Below the pieces are notes generated by a model, which was not told where the DNA came from, did not search any database, and saw nothing but the letters and a program-made list of their open reading frames with translations. Shown here piece by piece: positions 48,869-64,000 of a DNA stretch of 64,000 nt. Position numbers and translations under genes: made by a program. How positions within the stretch are numbered: the stretch's first letter is position 1; the number at the start of each line of letters is the position of its first letter. The DNA is taken from assembly GCF_009914755.1 (NCBI RefSeq), contig NC_060938.1; one strand, written 5' to 3'. The DNA is from the human T2T-CHM13v2.0 reference genome, Homo sapiens.

Positions 48869-50608
48869 CAGTCATGTGCCACATGACATTTCAGTCAATG
48901 ACAGACTGCATATACAACAGGGGTCCCATATGATTATAATGGAGCTGAAAAATTCCTATCGCCTAGTGAAGTTGTAGAAGTCTAGAAGTCGTAGCTATTG
49001 TAACATTGTAGTGGGACGCATTAGACGCATTATTCACGTTTGTCCTGATGGTTATAAACAAATCTACTGTGTTGTCAGTCATACAGAAGTACAATACATA
49101 TAATTATGTACAGTGCTCAATACTTATAATGACAATAATGACTATTCTACAGTTGATTTACTATACATTTTTGTTTTGAGACACCCAGACTGGGTTGTAG
49201 TGTGCAGTCACAGATCACTGTACCCTCTAAGTCCTGGGCTCAGGTGATCCTCCTGCTTCAGCTTAAGGCTCGGGCCACCAGCCAGGCTAATTTTTTAAAA
49301 ATTATTTTTGTAGAGAAGGGTATTGCTTTGTTGCCCAGGCTGGCCTTGAACTCCTGGCCTCAAGTGGTCCTCTTGCCTTAGCCTTCTGAGTTGCTAAGAT
49401 TACAGGTGTGAACCATCGTGCCTGGTTCTATCGTTATTTTAGAGTGTATTCCTACCTATAAAAAGAGAAGTTAACTGCAAAAGTGCCTCAGGCAGGTCCT
49501 TCAGGAAAGTATTCCAGAAGAAGATATTGTTGTCATGGAAGATGACAGTTCCATGTGTGTTACTGCCCTTGAAGACCTTCCAGTGGGATAAGATGTGGAG
49601 GTAGAAGACAATGATATTAACCTAGGCCTTCCTAGGCCTTACGTAGGCATAGGTTAATATGTGTGTTTGTGTCTTCATTTCTAACAAAAAAAGTTTAAAA
49701 AGTAAAAATAAATCAAAATTTTAAAAACTAGAAGAAAGCTAATAGAATAAAGATAAAAAGAAAATATTTTTATATAGCTGTACAATGTGCTTGTTTTAAA
49801 CTAAGTGTTATTACAAAAGAGTTAAAACGCTGAAAAAATTAAAATTTATAAAGTAAAATGATTATGGTAAGCTATTATTGAAGAACAAAATTCACATAAA
49901 TTTAGTAAAGTCTAAGTATACAGTGTTTATACAATCTACAAGAGAGACAATGCCACAGGCCTACAAATTCAATCACCACTCACTGACTCAACCAGAGCAA
50001 TTTCCAATCCTAAAAGCTTCATTCATGGTCAGTGCCCTACACAGTTATACCATTTGTTATCTTTCTTTTTTCTGAGACAGGGTCTCACTCTGTCACCCAG
50101 GCCACAGTGCAGTGGCACGATCACAGTTCACTGCAGCCTCAACCTCCCTAGGTTCAGGTGATTCTCCCCTCTCAGCCTCCCGAGCAGCTGGAACTACAAG
50201 CACCTACTACTATGACTGGCTAAGTTTTCTATTTTTTTAAGATGGGATTTCACCATGTTGCCCAGACTGGGCTCAAACTCCTGGCCTCAAGCAATCCTCC
50301 CTCCTCAGCCTCCCAGAGTGCTAGGATTACAGGTGTGAGTGACAGCACCTGGCCCCATTTTTTTTTTTACTATACCTTTTCTATGTTTAGATACACAAAT
50401 ACTTACCATTGTGTTACAACTGCCTATAGTATTCAGTACAGTAACATGCTATACAGGTTTGTGGTCTCAGAATAGGCTATACCACATAGCCCAAGTGCAG
50501 GCTATATTATCTAGTTTGTGTAAGCATACTCTGTGATGTTCACAAGATGAAATCATCTAACGATACATTTCTCAAAACATATTCTTGCTGTTACGTGACA
50601 CATGACTA
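48869..50608 (+). mobile_element. Tigger3b-like DNA transposon with two inserted reverse AluJ (about 49170-49425, 50065-50355)
   Basis: Termini ta|cagtcatgtg and cacatgacta; gattataatggagctgaaaaattcctatcgcctagtga core. Confidence 0.82.
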
Positions 50609-51485
<877 letters not shown>

Positions 51486-51789
51486 AAGAGCCAGGTGCGA
51501 TGGCTCATGCCTGTAATGCCAACACTTTGAGAGGCTGAGGCAGGCGGATCACTTGAGGTCAGGAGTTCGAGATCAACCTGGCCAACATGGCGAAACCCCA
51601 TCTCTCGTAAAAATACAAAAATTAGGCAGGTGTGGTGGTGCGCATCTGTAGTCTCAGCTATACGAGAGGGTGAAGCATGAGAATCACTTGAACCTGGGAG
51701 GTGGAGGTTGCAGTAAGCTGGCAATAGAGTGAGTCTCCGTCTAAAAAAGAAAAACAAAAAACAAAAAACTACACACAAGAGAAGACAGG

Positions 51790-52925
<1,136 letters not shown>

Positions 52926-53367
52926 TGGGGGTGCAGTGGTTTATGTCTGTAATCCCAGCACTTTAGGAGACTAAGGCAGAAACGTCACTTGAGGCCAGGA
53001 GTTCAATACCAGCCTGGGCAACACAGCAAGACCCATCTCTAAAAAAAAACAAAAAGAGGCCAGGAGCGATGGCTCACGCCTGTAATCCCAGCACTTTGGG
53101 AGGCTGAGGCAGATGGATCACCTGAGGTCAGGAGTTCAAGACCAGCCTGGCCAACATCATGAAACCCCATCTCTACTAAAAAAATTAGCCAGGCATAGTG
53201 GCAGGTGCCTGTAATCTCAACTACTCAGGAATCTGAGGAACGAGAATCGCTTGTACCAGCCTGGGTGACAAAAGTGAAACTCCATCTCAAAAAAAAAAAA
53301 AAAAAAAACAACAAACAAAAGTGCATGGGGCCAGACATCTGTAATCCCAGTGCTTTGGGATGCTGAA

Positions 53368-53913
53368 TGTTAGATATGAGTTCTAAATTTCTTTTCAAAT
53401 AATATGTCAGTATGTTCCACTCTTTGCCTTCTACTTTTAAACTTAACTTCCTCATAAAGCAATCTTTTTCGATTACCCACTCCACCCTGACTCATTCCAA
53501 TTACCTACTCCACCCTGACTCACCTGCTCCACTCTACATTCCAATCACCTGCTCCACCCTAACTCATTCCAATTACCTGCTACCTGCTCTGCCCTGACCC
53601 CCGCCAAAGCACTCACCCTGTCATTCTCTTTTAATTAGCCAATCGGAATTAGTTTAGCCTGTGCATCCAATCGGAATTAGTTTAGCCTGTGCGTCTAACC
53701 CTAGCCGACAGGGGAACAACACGGCAGCAAAGGGTCACGTGCATCAGGGATAAGAACCCCTTCCCCTCCCTTGTCCAAGTGTGCGCTCACCATTGTTCCA
53801 TCTGTAAGGGTGCACCCTTCTATACAGAAGTAACTTGCCTTGCTGAGAATTAAAAAGAAAATTTTATATCTGAGTGCTATTTCTTTTGTGGCACCGAAAC
53901 TTTACATATAACA
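53368..53913 (+). repeat. 5' LTR (LTR10F-like)
   Basis: tgttagatatgagttctaaatt...tataaca; TGACTCA at 53488 and 53516; duplicated CCAAT unit; ATTAAA signal. Confidence 0.92.
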
Positions 53914-53916
53914 ATG

Positions 53917-53934
53917 TGGGGGCTCATCCAGGAT
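53917..53934 (+). other. Primer-binding site complementary to tRNA-Pro
   Basis: tgggggctcatccaggat vs canonical TGGGGGCTCGTCCGGGAT (two CpG-type mismatches), 3 nt after the LTR. Confidence 0.88.
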
Positions 53935-55049
53935 TACATTCCCCACCAGGGACAGTCTCTGTTTCTCTCTCGTGAGGAGGTGCACCCTGCCCTATTGTGG
54001 CAGCCTCAGGGATGAGAAATCAAGACCTACCCAGTGCGAGGAATAACCCGAGCTCTCAGCAACGCAGAGTGGGGGACTGGCCAGCAACCTAGCTTAAAGG
54101 ATCCTCACATACTGCTGCGATGACTGTGCACAGGCCAAGGAAGGAGAAGCCGCAGGAGCTGGTAAAGTACTTCCTTTGTGGTCAAATTCTGGAGGGCTAA
54201 ATGTGTGCGTGCGTGAATGATCATCAACAACCCTGCTTGCGGTGTTGTGTGGATGGTGACAAGTCCTACTGCTGGACGGAGTGAGTGGGTCCTCTCCAAG
54301 GTTCCATAGCTACCTCATACGGCTTAGAGCAAATCCTGCCATGGGATTTATACCAGCACGCCAACACTAAGAGGGGCCTAATTCTCCCTTAGGGGAGCAG
54401 CCAGAGATGACAGCACAAGTGGGAAGTGTGCAAAGGACCTTCAGAAGGGGAAAGGGGGGAAGCAGGTCAACCTCCCAGGACAAGCAGGACAAGACACCCC
54501 CTGGTTTGAGGGATTGAGCCTTCCGGGACAGGCAAGGTGAGACACCCCTGGTTTGAGGGGTTGAGGCTTCCGGGACACACAAGGTGAGACATCCCTGGTG
54601 TTAAGGGGTTGAGCCTTCCGCTAATTTCAAGGGTTGAACCTGACACAACCCCCCACCCCACCTTTTCCTTTCTTCTTGGGTATTAGAGTAGCTCCACTCC
54701 CACAGGTCCCTACCCTAGAGGCAGAGAGACACAGAGGGGAAAGAGAGGGTGGGGCAGGGTGGGGGGGAAGAGAGGCAGAGAGAGGGGGGAAGAGAGGCAG
54801 AGAGGGGGGAAAGAGAGGCGGTGGTGGGGAAAGAGGCAGAGAGACAGAGAGTCAGAGAGAGAGAAAGAGACAAAGTCAAACAGAGAAAGAGAAAAATAGT
54901 AGTAGTAAAGAGAAAAACAGTGTACCCTATTCCTTTAAGAGCCAGGGTAAATTTAAAACCTATAGTTAATAATTGAAGGTCTTCTCCGTGACCCTATAAC
55001 ACTCCAATACCATCTCGCTGTCAATGTAAACAAGGGCGTAGCCCGAAAG

Positions 55050-55360
55050 CACTGAGGACACTGACAACCCGTAGCCTTCCTATCAAAAATCCTTAACCCA
55101 GTAACCCGCGGATGGCCCAAATGCATTCTATCTGTAGCGGCAACTGCTTTGCTAACAGAAGAAAGTAGAAAAATAACTTTTAGAGGAAACCCCATTGTGA
55201 GCACACCTCACCAGTTCAGAACTATCCTAAGTCAAAAAGCAAAAAGGTAGCTTACTAACTCAAAAATCTTAAAATTATAAGGCTATTCTGTTAGAAAAAG
55301 ATGATTTATCATTAACCACTGAAAATTCCCTTAACCCAGAAGGTTTCCTAACAGGAGATT
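55050..55360 (+). pseudogene. ERV pol remnant (RT connection/RNase H tether)
   Basis: QPVAFLSKILNPVTRGWPKCILSVAATALLTEESRKITF. Confidence 0.75.
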
Positions 55361-55920
55361 GAAATCTTAATTACCATACAAAGATCCGACCAGACCTAGG
55401 AGGAAGCCCCTTCAGGACACGACTTCCTCCCGGGTGACTGGGGTGGTGGGGGAACAACAGGTATTCAGTAATTGATAGGGAAACTCCTGTAGAGGCAGTC
55501 AGGAAAACTGCCTAATAACTGGTCTCCTCAAACGTGTGAGCTATTTGCACTCAGCCAAGCCTTAAAGTACTTACAAAACTAGGAAGGAACCATCTATACC
55601 AATTCTAAGTTAATTTGGACTAAACAGGGTCTTATTAATAGCAAAGAATAATTGAAATACCAAACTTAAAAGGTTTTCAACAAAAGCAAAGTTTGCTAAA
55701 AGTTAACAGTGTAACATGTATTATCCTAACTTCTAATCTTATGGCCTTAGACAGTCTAGTCCACCAACATGAAGTTCACTTCAGAAAAGAATGATTATCA
55801 TCTTCAAAAAAAAAAAAAAGAAAAAAGAAATTGGGGGGACAGAATTTATGTAAAAAGAACGTTATATGGTAAATTCTTGTCCTAAAATGAGATTAACTGG
55901 TTTAAAAAAAAAAAAAAAAA

Positions 55921-56968
<1,048 letters not shown>

Positions 56969-57269
56969 CTATAAAAATCTTACCTTATGCTCAGACATTA
57001 AAAATTGGATAAATATGTCTACAAGGTTTTATTAAAATTAACATTAATAACACACTAATATAAAGGTGAAATTCAGATTATTTGGTATAAAAATCATACA
57101 GGAAGCATTGTTAAATATAAAATGGTTGTTTGGCTTTCTTTGGTCTAAAAACTAATAAAAGTAGGTGCTAAAGGAAATTTCTCAGTAAGAAGGCACCAAA
57201 AACTATATATAAAGTCCACTGTTGATGTCCCCACATTTAAAACAAAAGGTCAATTTCTCAGAAATTATA

Positions 57270-57570
57270 TACTTGGTTTTATCTTCCACTTTCCTTTCCC
57301 TCAAAACTAAAAGTCTTTTAGCACAGGTACAACCCCTAGAATTTCCAGTAAACCAGCACCAGCCTGAAGATCACCTTCTCATCAAAGAGTGGAAAGAAAA
57401 AAACTCGAGCCAGCATGGGAAGGACCCTACCTTGTGCTGCTAACCACCAAGACTGCTGTTCGTACAGCGAAAAAGGGATGGACTCACCCACACCTAAGTC
57501 AAAGCACCACCCCCTCCAGTCATGGACCACAGTCCCAGGGGAAAACCCTACCAAACCAAAGCTAAGAAAA
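57270..57570 (+). pseudogene. ERV integrase C-terminal remnant
   Basis: LAQVQPLEFPV...IKEWKE / LEPAWEGPYLVLLTT (GPY/F motif), frameshifted. Confidence 0.8.
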
Positions 57571-57579
57571 ATTTAACTT

Positions 57580-59520
57580 TTTCATCTATTCTATTACTCT
57601 TCTTTTCTCACTCTATTGCTAAGCATCTAGTTATTAACACCAAGTCAATTTCACCTCAAACTACTGCATTTAATGCTTGCCCTGTTATACCCTGTGGGGA
57701 CTTGCCAAGTCAAAGACAGCTCTCTATTTCAGAAAAGTACCTTGTCCCTCCTGACTCTCCTCAGAATGGGCATTAGTAAATTGGGACCTTTTAATCCAGG
57801 GAGATTTCGATAAAGACCCGAGTGTCAACCAGGAGTCTGGCCCCCCGATGTAGAGCTTTTATGCCGTAGTTGGTCCAACGTTCTGTGGACCACTAAAGAG
57901 CAAGGATAGACTGCCCCAAACAGTTTTTGTAATTTCCTAAAACCATACATTCATTTTACTAAAGGGACAGCTCCCCTCCCCCAGCTGTCAGCTAAACCAA
58001 TGCAATCCTATACAGGCTATTATTTCAAGCCCCCAAAGTTCTTCCCTTTTCTAAGCCAGTTCCCTTCTTTATGCCAGTTTTATGGTATGGGGGCTGAGGT
58101 TTCAAGGACAGACCCTATTGGACTCCTTAAAATGCATGTCTTTGATCCCCCACTGCCTGCACCAGCTTCTAAGCCTTTTTCCAAAACCTGTCACAAGGGA
58201 ACCATTGTTCCTCCTCCATCTAAGGACAAGGCCAAGATAGCGATGGTAAAAGTTAAAGACTTAAAACAAAGTTTGGCAATTGAGACAAGATACCAAGATG
58301 TAAATGCCTGGTTGGAATGGATCAAATATTCCACCCGCACATTAAACAAAAGCAACTGTTATGTTTGTGCGCACGGCAGGGAGGCCCAGGTTGTCCCCTT
58401 TCCACTAAGGTGGTCCTCCAGTCAACCAGGCAAGGGCTGCATGGTAGCTCTTTGCCAGGATTCTACAGCCTGGAGTAATAAGTCTTGCCAAGCTCTCTCT
58501 CTGCTATATCCCAAAATCCGGCACCCTGCGGGTCAGCCCCCGAGGGCCATCCAGCCTCCATCTCCCAACACTAAGTTCACTTTGTGTCTCTCACAACATG
58601 GAGGAAACTTAGCGTTCCTTGGAGACCTGAAGGGATGAAGTGAGCTTAAGAATTTAAGAGCTTATCAATCAGTCAGCCCTTGTTCATCCCCGAGCAGATG
58701 TGTGGTGGTATTGTGGTGGACCTTTAGTGGACACCCTGCCAAACAACTGAAGTGGCACTTGTGCTTTAGTCCAATTGGCTATCCCTTTCACCCTGCCATT
58801 TCATCAACCAGAGAAAGGAAAAATAAGACATCGTAAAGTGAGAGAAGCCCCTTATAGGTCTTTCAACTCTCACGTCTATTTAGACACAATTAAAGTCCCA
58901 TGAGGAATACCAGATCAATTTAAAGCCCAAAATCAAATAGCTGCAGGATTTGAGTCAATATTTTGGTGAGTGACAAAAATGTAGATTGGATAAACTACAT
59001 CTATTACAACCAACAGCGATTTATTAACTACACTAGAGATGCTGTTAAAGGAATAGCTGAACAATTAGGGGCAATCAGCTAGATGGCTTAGGAAAATAGG
59101 ATAGCCTTAGACACGATATTAGCAGAAAGAGGATTTTGCATCATGATTAAAACTCAATGTTATACCTTCATCCCAAACAGCACCGCCCCTAATAAAAGTA
59201 TAACAAAAGCACTGCAAGGTCTCACTGCTCTATCCAATGAGTCAGACAGCAACTCAGGGGTAAATGACCCCTTTACAGGATGGCTAAAAAAAAAGTAGTT
59301 CGGTAAATGGAAAGGAATAATAGCCTCAATCCTTCCCTTGCAGCCATAATAGGTGTACTTATTCTTGTCGGGTGCTGTGTCATACCATGCATCCGTAAGT
59401 AGATGCAGAGGCTCATAAAAATGGCATTTACTAAAACCTCCCTTAACTATCCTCCACCTTATCCAGAGAAGCTTCTTCTTTTAGAAAGTCAAGCAAAACA
59501 ACTAAGCCAAGACATGTTAA
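57580..59520 (+). pseudogene. ERV env remnant (includes 212-aa open stretch 58000-58638)
   Basis: NCYVC (CxxC), WWYCGG, basic RHRKVR cleavage site, ISD-like ENRIALDTILAE and decayed CX6CC; multiple stops and frameshifts. Confidence 0.88.
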
Positions 59521-59566
59521 AAAAAAGTTTGAAAAGAAAGCTGTAAGGAAACACAAGGGGAGGGAT

Positions 59567-60082
59567 TGTTAGATATGAGTTCTAAATTTCTTTTCAAAGA
59601 ATATGTCAGTATGTTCAATTCTTTGCCTTCTACTTTTAAACTTAAACTTCCTCGTAAAGCAATCTTTTTCGATTATCTACTCCACCCTGATTCATTCCAA
59701 TTACCTACTCCACCCTGACTCACCTGCTCCAATCTACGTTCCAATCACTTGCTCCACCCTAACTCATTCCAATTACCTGCTACCTGCTCTGCCCTGACCC
59801 CCGCCAAAGCACTCACCCTGTCATTCTCTTTAAATTAGCCAATCGGAATTAGTTTAGCCTGTGCGTCTAACCCTAGTCAACAGGGGAATGACACAGCAGC
59901 AAGGGGCCACATGCATCAGGGATAAAGAACCCCTTCCCCTCCCTTGTCCAAGTGTACGTTCACCATTGTTCCATCTGTAAGGGCGCACCCTTCTATACAG
60001 AAGTAACTTGCCTTGCTGAGAATTAAAAAGAAAATTTTATATTCGAGTGTTATTTCTTTTGCGGCACGGAAACTTTATAACA
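59567..60082 (+). repeat. 3' LTR (LTR10F-like), preceded by polypurine tract aaggggagggat
   Basis: Direct repeat of the 5' LTR; about 27 substitutions counted by eye (about 5%). Confidence 0.92.
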
Positions 60083-62160
<2,078 letters not shown>

Positions 62161-62555
62161 ATAAAACAAATATTTGTCAGGTGCTATGGCACACGCCTGT
62201 AGTCCCAGCTACTCAGGGGGCTGAGACAGGAGGATCACTTGAGCCTGGGGGGAGTAGAGGCTAAAGTGAGCTGACATTGCGCCACTACACTCCAGCCTGG
62301 GTGACGGAGTAAGACTGTCTTAAAACAAATAAATAAACAAACAGAAGGAAACATTTCATTGCCAAAAAATGCTAACAGAGTGAGCACATGCTGCTGGAAA
62401 AAATGACACAGACTTGCTTGACACAGAGTTGCCACAAACCTTCAAATTGTAAAAAACTCAGTATCTGCAAATGCACTAATGTGAAGTATGCCTACACTAT
62501 GAGGTGCCTGCGCTGCCTGTGAAGCAATATAATATTATGTGAAAGGTGACTTCAT

Positions 62556-63365
<810 letters not shown>

Positions 63366-63454
63366 AAAAAAAAAAAGAAGAAGAAGAAAGAAAGAGAACG
63401 AAAGAAAGAAAGAAAAGAAAAGAAAAAAGAAAAGAAAGAGGAAGTAGACTTGAA

Positions 63455-63682
63455 GCCTGGGCAATATAGCCAGACTGCATGTCTACAAAACTTTTATTTA
63501 AAAAATTAGCCAGGTGTGGTGGCACATGCCAACAGTCCCAGCTATCTGGGAAGCTGATGTGAGAGGACCACTTGAACCCAGGAGATCAAGGCTACAAGTG
63601 AGCTATGATGGTGCCACTGCACTCCAGCCTGGGTGACAGAGACAGACCCTGGCTCTTTAAAAAAAAAAAAAAAAAAAAAAAA
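63455..63682 (+). mobile_element. 5'-truncated AluJ
   Basis: Alu consensus with poly-A. Confidence 0.8.
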
Positions 63683-64000
63683 GTGGACTTGAATTAGTTG
63701 TAAATGTTTTATAAGTCCTAGGATAACTACTAAAAGAAACATTTTTAAACTACAGTTCATATGCTAAGACAGCAGAGAAAATGCAGTCATATAAAATTCT
63801 CAAACCAGAGAAGGCAGAAAAAGAGGATTATAAACAAAGAACAAGTGCAAAAACAGAAAAGAGTTACCAACATGGTACTAACCCAACTACATCAATAATC
63901 ACTTTAAATGTGAATTATTTAAATAAGCCAATCAAAAGAGACTGTTGTAGTGAATTAAAAAAATAAAATGCCAGACAGGTTGCCTACAATAAATTTTATT

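Noticed and set aside
53917-53934. tRNA-Pro-like sequence
   Set aside because: Only the 18-nt retroviral primer-binding site, not a tRNA gene
54485-54620. Spaced approximately 47-bp direct repeats resembling a CRISPR array
   Set aside because: Tandem repeats without unique spacers inside an ERV in mammalian DNA; no cas genes
54634-54976. R/E/G-rich ORFs
   Set aside because: Low-complexity GA-rich tract within the provirus

Overview
Primate (almost certainly human, given a consensus-perfect AluYa5) AT-rich genomic DNA. It carries exons 2-10 of STRN3 (striatin-3/SG2NA, PP2A B''' scaffold of STRIPAK) on the minus strand; exon 1 and the WD40 exons lie outside the window. All nine exons have GT-AG borders and join in frame. 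Exons 8 and 9 (111+141 nt = 84 aa) are frame-neutral cassettes. Intron 1 (right third of the window) holds a deeply nested repeat stack: old L1 ORF2 > Tigger3, and L1 > HIGD1A processed pseudogene > Alu > two-LTR LTR10F/HERV-IP10-type provirus > AluY. The most interesting non-repeat signal lies between exons 7 and 10, where three candidate unproductive splice choices would each stop the protein before the WD40 domain: an upstream alternative acceptor at exon 10, a 74-nt stop-ending cassette, and a 14/20-nt microexon. I found no convincingly new biological system; these candidates are inferred from splice signals only. Gene and repeat-family names come from recognition, not database searches, and repeat borders are approximate unless a target-site duplication (TSD) is quoted.
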